Positions 39,416 to 54,859 of a stretch of 64,000 nucleotides of DNA are shown in pieces. Location of the stretch: NCBI RefSeq assembly GCF_009914755.1, contig NC_060932.1; one strand, 5' to 3'. The notes under the pieces are model-generated. The model was not told the DNA's origin. It made no database searches and was given only the letters and a program-made list of their open reading frames with translations. The stretch comes from the human T2T-CHM13v2.0 reference genome, Homo sapiens. Positions within the stretch are counted from its first letter, which is position 1, and every line of letters starts with the position of its first letter. The position numbers were made by a program, and so were the translations under genes.

Positions 39416-41484
39416 GCTTCTCCTCTGAAGCATGAAGACCCACAGAATACTGCAGAGTTGCTGGGGGTGGCCCTGCCCAAATTCTCGCCTAAAACCCCAA
39501 CTTTCAATGACATTGTGGACCTGCTTTCGTGTTATTATAAGGTTTACAAATTTCTATGCCACCTATCAGACCATTTTTTATGGATGAAATCAAAGTTTCT
39601 ATAAGTTGTATAGTTCTTTCCCTGTGCATTTTATCGTAATATTGAAAAACGACAGTGAAAAGCAACCAAGGCATCTCGGCAGCATGCTGCTGACTAGTTC
39701 ACGCAGTTACCACCAAAGCGCATGGACGGGACCCAGAGCATCAGCGTGTGCCCACTATCGGGGACAGAAACCTACCGCGTTCGAGTTTTGACATATTTCT
39801 CGCAGTTGTTGAAAACTATGAGGCATGAAATCCAGATTTATGACTTTTTAAAAAGTTATTTGTGGATTCCCAAGACGATTATGTTCCCATCACTTATGTA
39901 GCCTTAAAAGAAAAAAACCTCAAATGATGCTTTAAAAAAATCCAAGTTTGGCGCTCATTGAGTTCCAGTGTCAGTTGTCTGAATCGCCTTCAGCGAAAGT
40001 CAGGGGGAAAAAATACATTCCGCCTTCCTTTAACTGCTAGTTCGTCATGGAGAACAGAAAGTCCCATTTGCATGTGGCTTTTGGAAAAGCTAAGCCGGGA
40101 GCGATTATCCTGATGCGCTTTTACTTTTTGCATAAAATAAGAATTTGAGGAGGATGTCCCGGGAGAGTGAGCCACTTCTCATTTCCCAGGCCTCGCCTGC
40201 CATGCTCTTTGACAACATCATAGATTTTATTTTTGCCGGGAATCTCATTATCAAAGCAATGCCCCCCGCCCCCCCCCCCCCCCACACACACAGACTGCCA
40301 GGTAAACCACAGAGGGTGAGGGGGGTGCAGGTCATGGTTGCCTTATTACACACCCTCCTCTGCCATCACCTCCTTTTTTGTCTGGATAAGTTCTTTGGCA
40401 GTTCTCTCAACTTTTATTTCTGAAACATCCTGAAACATCTCAGTATTAAAAGCAAGGCCGATTATATAAACGATACTCCCAGGCCTGACAACACATGGTT
40501 TTGCCTGAGGCCTTTACTGCCAAGAGCCGTAAGGACCCTCTAAGTCATGTTCGCTATTTTTACTGGCCTTGAGAGTCTCCTTGCTTTGACATCCTCTTGT
40601 CTCCATTGTCAGACTGTTAAATGCTCATGCTTCTGGTTCTCTTAAATAGATGCAGATGTGTGGGGCTGGGTTGCCACTGAGCCCTCTTCTCTTTTGCAAG
40701 AGCTGGGATGCAGACAGAAGGCGGTTTGGAAAACACGAGCCACCTTGATTTTAGACAAACTCTAAGTTACAATCAGGTGTCTTCATTTATGACATTTAAC
40801 TTTTACTTAACCTAATCAAGCCATGTTGTTGGCTACTGATTAGAATATCCTTTTATAACTTACCTTAAATCTCACTACTTGTTCCAACCATCCCAAAGTC
40901 TGGCGTCAACTGTCATTGCATGCTGCTCTTTTCAGCCTTTCTAGTTCGACTCTTAGCAAAAGCCATAATCTTCCTCCAGTCTGTTTCCTTTCTGCAGTGA
41001 CAAAATTGCCCAGGGAAAGGAAAAAGAACAGCATCTATCTTCTTTCTTTTTAGCTCCCTGGTTTAAGGCTTTCTTTTCCCCCATGATGAAAAACTATAAT
41101 CATTCTGCTTAGAAAGTACAGACCCCTAAGCCCACTTCCAAAAGAAGGATGCATTTTCAAGTCTGTTATCTTTACTTTCCCAGAGCCTGGGGGTCTCCCA
41201 GGCCAGAAGTTGACAGAACTGTCTTCATACACTCGAGACAACTTCATGCCCATTTCCTTAAAACTAAGAACATAAGACGCTGATTTTTCTTCCAGAAAAA
41301 AAAAAACCTTTCTTGTTCTTTCAAGAACTGTTTCACGGACAGTGTTTCATATTACAAAATTGAAACTTGGGACTTTTGAACTGCAAATTTAGCAGAAAAT
41401 GAATCCATGCGCTTGTGGCTTTGCTTGTCACCTCTACTCAGATGTCTCCCAGACCCCTCTCCAGCTGCAAGCTGCAGGCAGAAC

Positions 41485-42695
<1,211 letters not shown>

Positions 42696-45600
42696 CCCCT
42701 CACTCTGCCTAATTTGGTGACTAGCTGCCCCATCACATTCTGCCTATTTAAGCCAAGCCCCCCTTCCCCAAGGCCAACCTCCTCTCCTCCACAGCCAGCC
42801 CACTTCCCGGGCGTGATAACTCTTCTGCCTCAGCTGGAGAGTTGTTCTGAGGCTTTCATCCTTCTCCACGTGCCGCCTGGCAGTGCTGCTGCCTGTCTTT
42901 TGAGGGCTACCCCTTTCTCCATTACCTCTGCGACCTGGCTAGTCCACATCCTCCCCGACCCGTGCTCTTCAGCACCGGTGCCTGCCCCGCTCAGTGCATG
43001 TCCTCATCCCTGCAGCCTCCACCCTGGGCTTCCTGACCCCCACTGCGTCCGGCACCGCTGGTTGCGGGCCTGCTCCGGCTCTCTCTGCCCAGCTGGCTGG
43101 CCTGCCTCTGTTCCGACCTCCCCTGCCTGGCCTGGTGTTCTGGGCGCCTCCTCCGCTCACATCGCCGCTTCACCTGCTTTTGCTATCTGCACTTTCCATG
43201 TCCTGCTCCTTCTCCCAGCTGGTGGTGCCTCTGAGAAGAGGACTGAGAACCGCCTGTGAACCCCGCAATTTCGTGGGTGTGGTGGAAGCAAAGGCAGAGC
43301 GTGTGAGTTTAGTGGGCGTGCGCCACTCTTTCAAGAAGTTTTGTTACAAAAAGATGCAAAGGAAGTGAAGAGGGAAGGGGTTTGCAGGTTGGGAGAAATA
43401 ACAGCATTTGTGTTGTTTGTTGTTGTGACGGTTTTGAGCCAAAACATGACAAACGGGACAGAAGGAAGACCTGATGGAGCGTGTCCTTGAGAAGGCGAGA
43501 GGCATGGGGTTGGCCTGCTGGGGGATCGGCCTTCCATATGGGGGTTCCTCTCCAGCAGCCTGGGGTTCTGAGGAAGGCAGGCCTGCAGCAGGTGCCGGGT
43601 GCCGGGAAGCAGGAGACATCTCTGTTACTCCACTGTCCTCAGTGGGGAGCCACGGCTGAGCGTGAGAAAGGGCTTATAGGCTGAAGGCCAGGCAGACGGG
43701 AATGGCCAGGCAGAGGAGGGGAGGACGAGCCGGGTAGAAACAGTGGTTAGAAACACGGAGGGCCACACGGCCAACGGTCAGGGGACTGGCACACCAGCCA
43801 GATTCACCCGCGGCGATGCCGGTGCAGAGAAGCTCGGCATCTGAATTTAACCCGGGTTGTGGTTTGACTCAGTCTGACGTGGAGAGAAGGGCCAGGGAGT
43901 CACGGGGGGGTGGTGGGCTGTGTGCTGGTTTAGGGGCTGGGACATGGAGGGGTGAAGGCGGGAGTCAGTCGCATCCGCTGGGCAGGGGCCTGGGGCTGCA
44001 GACAAGGTGGGAGGTGGCAGCTACGGAGGAAGCTACAAGGGATTCTGCAGTTCCCCGGGGAGACAGGAGCCCAAGGGACCGGGGGGTGAGGGGGTTGGAA
44101 GGGGCACCTGTGGATGTCCTGAGACTTCCAGGAAGTGGGACAGGATCAGTGATGGAGATAGAGACAGAGTCATCAGGGCCGAGAGGAATGACAGTAACAG
44201 CGAGGTTGAAGTGGGCACCCCCGTCTAGCAGCACGGGGTGTGGAGCTGGCTTGTGGACGGCCAGGGAACAGGACGCTTTGAGGTGGCAGCCAGGGGCAGG
44301 GATGCTTTTGATCGCCAAGGGAGAAGACTTGATGCAGAGTTTCAGGAGCCTCCATGACTTCCCCATCTGAAGACCTTTTTTACTTTAATGGGATTGAAGT
44401 GATCACCAGAATAGTTAATGGTGTGCTCCGTTCCTATTTCTCTGGTTTTTCTAAGGTCCACGGGCTGCAGACATCGTTTGTACTTCTCCCCGGTGCCAAA
44501 GACCAGTTAATGCCGACTTTGATGGGCTCAGTGCAGGCCACATTGTCACGTGTAACTCTACACTGAGAATTATTTTAGAAGGTTAGACTCCTAAAAATGT
44601 TTTGTTTTTCCAAATGGTGGCCTCTGGGTCTGACTTCACCTCTTTTGCAATGATCAGCACTAGGATATGGTTTTGGAGACGGTTGTGCAGAGCCAGGGCT
44701 TTCACCAAAGCTTGGCCGCTCGGACAGGACTCACGATGGAAGACGGTCAGGTGCCCCAGGTTTCAGATGCCTGCCTCCTCCCATGCGTGGTGAGGGGCCT
44801 GCCTCCTTTATAGCTTTCCGCTGCCAGGCTGGCGCCTCCTCCCCTCACCCCCATCTCCTCCAGAGGAAGACCAACTTAATCAAATCTTACCACAACTACG
44901 TACTGCCTCCTGGAAAAAGCCTGATTTCTCACCCCCTCTTGTCCCTCCCTGCGTGGAGGCAGGCCCTTTGTCCAGTGCCCATGTGGCTTGGTGGGTGGTC
45001 TTTCTAAGTTATCAGAGGACATTAGCAAACACACACGTCCGTTGGCCTAACGCCCAATCTGCAGCCAGCCTTATGAATAATCAACGTGACTTGTCTCTGT
45101 AGTTCAATGCCTATATCTGCCTCTCAGTTGTTATTGAAGCTGGGGGCAAAAAAGATGGATTATTCATTGGAAACCTCAAAACCTCGACAGCTGAGCTTTC
45201 TTACACATGCCTGTGTGGCCCCCGTGGTATCTTAGTGTTCACCTCCCCATTTGCACACAGGAAGCCAGTCACATTACTGGATTCCTGGTGAGTTTGACTT
45301 TTCATTCTGTCTTGAATCTCCCTCCCTTCCCCAACCCCATACCCCACCCTACTGCATCCCTTTTTCTTGGGTCTTCCTGATCTCAACCCCTCCATCTGTC
45401 CTCCACGTTGTCTGCATAGTGAGCCTCCTAACACACGGATCCCCCCATGGCCTTGTCTGCTCAGGTTTCTAAGGTCCCCAGTAACCACGCTCACACTGCG
45501 TAAGCACGAACGGTCTGGTCCACACCTCATCACTTGGCGTGCATGTGAATGTTTTAGCAAGTTAGCTCTTGCAATTATTGCCTGCCGATCCCCTGGGCTG

Positions 45601-47703
45601 CATTCACACATGCCGTGAGTCTTCAGACACCCAGGTCTCAGGACCTGAGGGGCTCCTGTGTGCTTTCCGTGAGGAACTGTCTTTCTGCTCACGACTCCAT
45701 GTCACATGCCACCATCAGGAAGTCCTCCCTCAATGCCCCAAGCCTACTCAGGCTCCCACTTTCCTGCCCATGAAATGTGTGTAACTTCTAGGGTGTCCTG
45801 AGAAGCAAAGACCATGTCCCTGCATTTTTGCATCCTCAGAACTTAGCCTGATACTCACAATGAAATGAGTTCACTTAACGACACAACGAACGAATGTGCA
45901 GGTACTTCTGCAGGGGGTGATGTGGGGATGCGTGCATTGATTCTGTGGCTCAGCCCTGAGTTGGGGGCAGGAGGCAGGTGCTGGGAGGAGGATTTTATGT
46001 CTTAGGAAGCACAGGAAGGCCTTGCCAGGATCCAAGAAAAAATGGAAAGTAGACCAATGTAAGCGTTAAAAGAACACATTTTATCTTTTAAATGTGTGTA
46101 CACAGTACAGTTGACTTTTTTGTATACAATTCTATGAGTTTAAACACACATATAGATTAGCGTAACCACTAATTATAAGATTGTAGGGAACTGGGGAAAA
46201 AATGCATGCATTAAGGAATGATACGGCATATTTGGGGGACAGAGAACAGGCTTGATGAGGACAGAGTCTATTTAAAAGAGACAGTGGGCACCGCAATTGG
46301 AGGGGAAGGCGGGGCAGGGTTTTAGAGAACCCCTGAGTGCTGGGCTACAGGATTCAGTAAAGTTATTGATGAGATTGGCTGCATTGTGGATTCTGAAATA
46401 TTTATTTAATACCTCGAGGAGGGTGTGAGTAGATTGTGCTGATGATCGCATAACTCTGACTATACTAAGAACCACTGAGTTGCACCCAGAGCTTGCATTA
46501 CTGAGCGCTTTACCAGTTAGGAAGGTTTCGCGTATTCCGTACTTTAAATCTAAGGTGACTTGACTGTAAGGCCTGCGAGTATTTCCTGGACCACTCAGAG
46601 GAAGAATGCTGTGAATGAGAACTACAGCCCTGTAAGACACGTCCTGTATCATTGTTGAGATGGGAAAGTGCATCTTAAGACAGTTAGCAGGCCAAGGAGC
46701 GACTTTAAAGGGTGAGCTCTGCCTAGAGGGAAAAGCGAATGCACTAATTGAAATCCAACACCCTGGGCTGGAGTAAATGAACCGTCAGCCACCCATGGGG
46801 CTTCATTTCTTGGTGATGGATAAATAGCTGGGATTCCTTGAAGCTAGAAGCCATGGGGAAATTCTGTTCTGCTTAGCTTTGTCAACAGTACAGTCTGCCT
46901 TAACTGACTTGGAGGTAAATAGATTCGGAGAGTGTGAGCTAAAACCCATTAAATCAGGTGAAGACACAAAGGCAAGCACAGCCAATGTGGTTTAAGGCAA
47001 AGCTAATGTCCCTTCGGCCTTAACTGACGGACTTTCCTAGCAGTCCTCACCCTCTGCAACCCAGGGCTCCTAGGAGGAGCTCATGGCAGAGAAAGCCTTC
47101 TGGCTTCTGCCACTGCCTCCTCAACTACATGTATACATCAGTGTATATGCATGGGTATGAAATGAACATTTTATGTCACCATTAGCAGAGGAAAGCTGGA
47201 ACTCTTTCAAACCCCACCCAAAATTCACTCTGACTACTGAGCAGTCCTGTTGTTTATTTTGGAGGCCACTTAACCCTGGAGCAGTCCATAAGCTCCACTT
47301 AATCCCCTCTTCTTTCATGATTTCTTTTAAAGAGACATCTTGGGTTCTGTAGGGGAACATTTGTGCTTCACTGTAAAACTCCATTTGAGGCCTGCTCACG
47401 GCCTGCCACCTTATCTGCTTGCAGCCTTCATTGCTTGGGAGCTGTTTTACAGCTTCATAAGTTGTAAATAGCTGCTGGCAATGCAAACGCGCTTGTCTGT
47501 GGGCAGGAAATGAATTCTGTCTGGTAGAGGGAATGCTTCCTACCTTGTAGGAAAGCCAATATTTTTTGTCCATTAGCAAGTTTATATCAGTATTCCTAAT
47601 CATTAAATGTGTTCTTCGGATTGTCCTTTGAACCAGTTATAGCATTTGAGTTAAGTAAAATGAATACACTGTTGTTTATTTTATACCTGTATGAAAGTTA
47701 TGG

Positions 47704-47862
47704 GTTTTTTGGTGGGGGGGGGGTGTTTTTTTTGTTTTTTTTTTTGTTTTTTTTGAGGTGGAATCTCGTTCTGTCGCCCAGGCTGGAGTACAGTGGCGCA
47801 ATCTCGGCTCACTGCAAGCTCCTCCTCCCAGGTTCACACCATTCTTCTGCCTCAGCTTCCCA
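47704..47862 (-). mobile_element. 5'-truncated AluY-like right arm
   Basis: TSD aaagttatg at 47694 and 47863; tail contains a G run. Confidence 0.88.
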
Positions 47863-48139
47863 AAAGTTATGATTTTTAAAAAATTATCTTTTAACATTTT
47901 TTAGCTAGAAACTTCTGGGTCAATATATAAATAGATGAGCCTGGTTATATCTGAGGTTTTCACTGAGGTAACAACAAAAATAAAACAACACGATGCCACC
48001 GAGCCATCGTTCCCCAACTTACGTCTGTCCCCTCCACATGTCCTGCACGCACTCCTGTTTCTGGGGTGTGTGCATGTGTGTGTGTGTGTAAAGGTTTGCA
48101 ATGAAATTAGAATCATTGGTTTTTGTTGGGGGTGGGGAG

Positions 48140-48357
48140 TTGTATTGTTTTGAGACAGGGTCTCGCTCTGTCACCCACGCTGGAGTGAAGGGTCACAATC
48201 ACAGTTCACTGCAGCCTCAACTTCCTGGGCTCAAGTGATCCTCCCACCTCAGCCTCCCAAGTAGCGGAAACTATAGGCATGTGACACCATGCCGGGCTTG
48301 CTTATCTATGTCTGTCTGTCTGTCTGTCTATCATCCATCTATCTATCTATCTATCTA

Positions 48358-48413
<56 letters not shown>

Positions 48414-48536
48414 ATCTATCTAGATGGGGTCTGCCTATGTTGCCCAGGCTGGTCTCAAACTCCTGGGCTTAAGCAATCCAACTACCTCAGCCTCCCAAAG
48501 TGCTGGGATTACAGGTGTTAGCCACTTTGCCCAGCT
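48140..48536 (-). mobile_element. AluJ with a microsatellite in the central linker
   Basis: Both Alu arms flank the TCTG/TCTA array. Confidence 0.92.
48303..48422. repeat. Compound (TCTG)n(TCTA)n tetranucleotide STR
   Basis: Directly visible. Confidence 0.95.
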
Positions 48537-49702
48537 GAAGTTAGAGTTTAGAGCACATTGCTGTAAATTGCGATTACCAAGGGTATTGAAAAATCCATGA
48601 AAATAATAAACAGCAAGTTGACTTCAGAATTTGTGCGTTTGAGGCTTTTCGCCTTGATCTCCAGGTAACACACAGGCTCCTTGGCGAGAGCCAGTGGTGA
48701 TACAATGAGAACACCGCCTGCTGCATCTAATATTTGCAGCTTAGAATTCACAGCTAACTTTTTAAAATGTACCAGTGTGGGGGAAATGGTGCTTTATTTG
48801 CTGGATAGGAAAATTGGCCAAGATCAGAATTCTGAAGGCAGTGTCACAGCACAAAGAAACTAGCTACTGAAGTCACATCCTAAACATTCGAGAGGTTGAT
48901 TTCCTTTTCTACTGCATTACAAAAAGGTTTATTTACTGCTTATCCATATAGTGAGATAGAGATTAGATCTCAGTTTTTGGTTAAGAACAAGCATTATCAT
49001 AAATGTGTGTGTGTGTTGTGTGTGCATTTTACAGGATTTTTAAAAATACACAGAGAATTTTTCACAGTTGTTAACTCTGGTAAATGGTGGGGAAGGCAGG
49101 GGTGAGAACTGATCTATTATTCATAATCTCAATGATGAACAAGCTATTTCCAAAAATAGGTGGATTATTTAAAATTATTATTATTAGGATATTTTGGGCT
49201 TCTAGAAACAAAAACTTAACAAAAAAGTCACTTAAAGAATTTAGGGGTCTTTTTTTCTGACATGAAAAGAACAAAATAAAGGATGATTTCAGTTTGGTCC
49301 GTCAGTGACTTAGAAGTGTTTTTCAGGACCCAAGGCTTTCCGCCTTCCCACTGGGCCATTTTCAGCGTGTCCCGTGGCCTCTGGGGGCTTCAGTGATCCA
49401 GGCGTCACATTAGACATGACAGTGTCCAGCAAAGAGAAGTATTTCTGCTTTGCATCTGTTTATAACAGTGAGAAAAACTCCCCCAGAATCCCACCAGCAA
49501 TTGATTCTCACGTTGCATTGGCCAGGATTGAGGCCAGCTGTGCCATGCTTAGCGCAGTCATTTGTATTGCGATCACCGTGATTAGCTCAGACCCATCCTG
49601 GGACTTCTCCTTGGGCTTGAAGACATGGCCAGGTGGAGATCGGTGCCCCCCAGAAGAAGTCTTTGTTCTGCCAATAAAGAAGACACAGACAACAGTGTCT
49701 AA

Positions 49703-50348
<646 letters not shown>

Positions 50349-51890
50349 AGATACTTTCATAATTAACTTTTTGAATGTATGTGTGTCCTACTTTAAAATG
50401 AAAGATACTCTTTCTTGATTCCATTTCCATGCAGCTTGGCCCCGTGATGCTAGGGACCATGGCTTTTTCTTGCAGTGTGACTCACCATTTGCCAAAGCAA
50501 ATCTCTTGCCTTGCATCAGCTCAGTCTCTTTGTCTGCAAATTAAATCAGTAGCCCTTTCCACTGCCTATCTCGCAGGATATAGTGCCAAAAATACTCACA
50601 AAGTCACCATCCAGGAAGAATCATTTGCCCCTGCTGCCACTGTCTCCTGCAAGGCACATGAAAGCTGCTGAGGCTCGGTATTTATTATGCTATAAAATTC
50701 AACACAAGGGGAGAGAACAAGCAAATTCCATGAGCATATATAAGTGTATCGGATCTACTCCATTGATGCTGGAGCTATATTTTCACAGTAGGATCCTCTT
50801 TTGTTAAATATTACAGTAGTAGGAAAACCTAGCAGAAGAATAGTTCACTGTTTCTCTGATTTTGTGAGTGATGTGGGCTGTGGAATTTACTCTTTGCTGC
50901 TCTTCCCCCAACCTGCACCCTACCCCTGCCTCCGAGGTCAGCCTTGCCTGCTGCCCCTGACTGAGAGGACCCCGACGTCACCCCACCCCAGGTTATACTC
51001 CTCTGAGAAGGTCCCTTCATCCCTTCCCCGAAATACATCCCCTCAAATCTCTAATTTGTGTGAACCATTAATTTCAGATATTGTAGGAAAAATAAGCAGG
51101 GAAAATACGCAAAACAAAACGTGGATGGCACATAACCCATAGCATCTCGCAGGGTGTGTACACTGAAGAAGTCTTTACCAACCCGTAGTTAGGAAAATGC
51201 GTGTTCAGAATAACTGGGCCTTCCCGCGGTCCTCTGAGTCAAACAGATGACCACACATTGCCAGAATGAGAAGCAGAGCAGCTTCACATCCCTGCTTCTG
51301 AAATGTTTCCCAACAGCTCATTGAAACAATCTCGAGACACCTCTCTCCCCCAAACCCAGCGTGTTTCGGGAATGGCTCTAGGAATTCTACTTTTGCATTG
51401 CCTCACTCTCCCTTTCCCCGTCCAGACCATGGTATTGGATTTACAGCATTTCTTACATCCTATAAAAGTCCTTTTCTGCCAAGAGCCTGGAGCGCGCTGG
51501 ATTGAATGACGCTCTCCCAGCACAGCCGGCATTTGCAGTGCATTAGAATCTTGCCGTCACTTGCACACGTCACCAAGTTACTTTAGTGAGAGTTCAGCCT
51601 AGCTATGGCTCTGCTGTGCTAACAGTTGCTTTTCAATATTTTGTTTGAGGCTTTGGAATAATTCAAAGGCCTACACTTTTTTTTTTCTAATTTGTTTCCT
51701 TGGAGTTTTACGCATGGCTACTTCAGAAAACGTCAGTTTTATGTCATTAATGTCATCATCTTCTCTGGATTCTCAGAATTCAAAATTCACAGGAGCATGG
51801 CAGCCTTACATTCAGTCTATTCTTTTCATAAAAAAGGAAGTAAACTGCAACAGTTCGCCTACGCTATGGAGACTGGAGTGGTCCCACCTC

Positions 51891-51918
51891 TGTAATTCTA
51901 TCTCTGTCTGCCCCACAG
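51891..51918 (+). promoter_or_regulatory. Exon 13 3' splice site (branch-point candidate, pyrimidine tract, CAG)
   Basis: tgtaAt (A at about 51895) followed by tctatctctgtctgccccacag. Confidence 0.75.
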
Positions 51919-52156
51919 CTGTGCCGAAGCGAGTGCCACTTGTCTGCAGGGCCGTACCGCGGAACCCTCTTTGCCGACCAGCCAGCGATGTTTGTCTCGC
52001 CTGCCAGCAGCCCCCCAGTGGCCAAGCTCTGTGAACTAGTCCACCTGTGCGGAGGCCGGGTCAGCCAAGTCCCCCGCCAGGCCAGCATCGTCATCGGGCC
52101 CTACAGCGGAAAGAAGAAAGCCACAGTCAAGTATCTGTCTGAGAAATGGGTCTTAG
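51919..52156 (+). CDS. MCPH1: Microcephalin internal coding exon (exon 13), most of the third BRCT domain
   Basis: Acceptor tctctgtctgccccacAG|CTG and donor TTAG|GTaaga bound 238 nt (79 codons + 1 nt). Translation [79 protein letters not shown] matches human microcephalin about residues 739-817 as I recall it, with BRCT GG and W motifs. Confidence 0.97.
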
Positions 52157-53010
52157 GTAAGAATCCAGGCACACAGACGCTGTGGTGTGGTCCAGATCTG
52201 TGGACAGGTTTCCAGGGAGGGCGGCGTCAGGCTCACACCCCCTTCCACGCAGCTGGGGCACCTGGGTTGATGTCTCAGCCTCCAGCATCTGCCCTGGCAG
52301 CGTCGTGTGGTCACCCTCGGCATTCCCGCTCCTTGCTGTTAGCAGACGTACAGTTCACGAGGAAATGGGAACTCTAACTGGACTTCCCCACTTGACTTCC
52401 CTGGCTCGTGTGAAAAATCCAGGCTACCCAAAGCCACCCCGGGCCACCCCTGTGGGCACAGACTCTCCGGGCACCCCTCTTAGACCCTCCCTCCCCAGTG
52501 CCTCCTTGTCCTGCTTCAGGAGTCCCTGGCAGCGCCCGGCACTGGGGCCCAAGCCCCCGTCCCTGTCATCTCCTCTCCCAGGTACATCTCATGATCACTC
52601 CGTCTGCTCATGTGCTCAAAGGGTGTTAAAAGACGTCAAACGACTCCATCTTTTATTTGACAAAGTGAGCACAGTGTGACCGTAATGTCCCACTCTGGCG
52701 TTCATGGAGCTGCGCCAGGCGCCGTGTGCGATTCTGGGGAGGAAGAGGTGGTAGGAGCTGAGCTGAGATCGGAGGAGGCTGGAACCCCACGCCGTGCTAA
52801 CACACGGGCTCCAGGAGACTTGCAGGTGATCCCCGGAGAAGAGGGTTAAGGAAGAGTGTGAAGCAAGGACGGCCTGGGGAATGCGGAGGAAGCAGGGGCA
52901 GCGTCTGTGCTAGAAATTACCTGCCCTGTGGTGGAGTCATATGTGGCGGGACAAGCCTAGGGCTCCACTGTGGGGAAATCCCACACCCTCCTCCATGGGG
53001 TTGTGATAAA

Positions 53011-53742
53011 CATGTTAGTTTGCTTGGGCTGCCATCGCAAAATACTACAGGCTGGGTGGCTTCAAACAACACGCATTGTCTCTCAGTTCTGGAGGCTGGA
53101 AGTCTAAGATGGGGTATCGGCAGCGTTGGTTTCCCCTGAGGCCTCTCTCCTGGGCTTGCAGACAGCTGCCTTCTTCCTGTGACCTCACGTGGCCTTTCCT
53201 CCATGCACACACATCCCTGGTATCTCTGTGTGTGTCCAAATGTTCTCTTCTCTAAGGATACCAGTCAGATTGGATTAGGGCTCACCCAATGGCATACTTT
53301 TATTTGCTTTTATTTATTTTTTTGAAACAGTGTCTCGCTCTGTCACCCAGGATGGAGTGCAGTAGCATGATCACAGCTTACTGCAGCCTCAGCCTCTCTG
53401 GCTGAAGTGATTCTCCTGCCTCAGCCTCCCAAGTAGCTGGAACTACAGGTGCACACCACGATGCCCAGCTTTTCTTTCTTTTTTTTTTTTTTTTTTTTTG
53501 TAGAGATGGGGTCTCCCTATGTTGCCCAGGATAGTCTCAAACTCCGGGGCTCAAGCGATCCTCCTGCTTTGGCTTCCCAAAGTGCTGGGATTACAGGTGT
53601 GAGCCACTGCACCCAGCCCCAGTGGCATCATTTTAACTTGTCTTTTTCAAGGCCCCATCTCCAAATACAGTCTCATCCTGAGTTACTGAGGGTTAAGACA
53701 TCGACATACGAATTTTGGGCAGACACAATTCAGCCCATAACA
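53011..53742 (-). mobile_element. MLT1B-like solo LTR interrupted by an AluJ
   Basis: MLT1 reverse complement ending aattcagcccataaca. Confidence 0.85.
53298..53618 (-). mobile_element. AluJ
   Basis: Alu reverse complement; TSD-like ca(a/g)tggcat. Confidence 0.92.
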
Positions 53743-54153
53743 ATGAATCACTCTAGTTTCAGCCCCTGGGGCCAAGATCCTTACCCGACTTTAGAGGTAC
53801 ATCCCCTCTCTCTCTCTCAATCTCTCTCTCTCTCTCCCGTTCTCTCATTCTTTTTCTCTCTCTTTGCTTCCATCTCCTTCCATGTTTCCTATTCAGTCTC
53901 CTTTCTTAGTACTTTTGCATGTCTCTAAATCCTAAACTTCTGGCTTTTCTCATCATCTGCTCAACATTATCCCTTAATAGACAAGTAGATACTGTGTTTG
54001 TTCAAGTTACATTCGTATCTAACTACGGACATTTTACAAGTATCTTTTACATGACTGATGGTCATCCTTTCATATATTTTAGAAGTGTGGCAATCAAAAG
54101 TAATTTTTTACTCTGGTGCAGAGTAATTCATCTTTTGCCTGGAAACCAACTTC

Positions 54154-54188
<35 letters not shown>

Positions 54189-54859
54189 ATGATTTTAGTC
54201 ACAGTCCAAAAGCTAAGAGGCTGTTTACTCTTTTCTAAATGCCAAGAATATAACCTTCAAAACATCCTATGTTCTGAAACAGAGGTTGTTGTTTTGTTTT
54301 TCTGGAGAAGTGTATTATCAAAATGCCACGGACTGCAGAACAGAACTGGGCCTGAAAGCATGTCTGGGCCAGCTGACGGAACTGTGCACACGATTGATAT
54401 CCACAGTGCATATCAACAGGCAGTCTTTTTGGAGTTTGCAAAGCGTGTGCCGTGCAGTGCCCGAGCCTGCCTCTGCACTCGTGTTTCCAGGTTGGGTGGC
54501 TCTGACAGCCCCTTCCTGTGGGTCCTGCGTCCTTGTGTGGAGTCACGCTTGCTCGGCAGCTGCTCACTTCCTCCGGTTGTTTTGCCGCTCGGCTCTCCCG
54601 CCCGTGGGTTTTCAGGAGGCGAATGTCTACCTGCTTAATCCTGAGGCTTCGATCCCGCAAAGCCCTTCAGAGTTCTCTGACTTCCAGGCCTGGGCCACAG
54701 GCCCCAGCCTCTTTTTCTTTCCTCCTGTAACTTGTGTCCTGTTTCTGATTTCTCACCAATTATGCCATCTGCCTGTGCCCTTGGTAACATCTGGGTATTG
54801 TGTGTGCTGCAGACCTCACCCATGTGAGACAGGTCCCCTCACTCGCCGGCCACCAGACC

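Noticed and set aside
52006-52024. CTCF-like motif within exon 13
   Set aside because: Several core mismatches, and explained by coding constraint.
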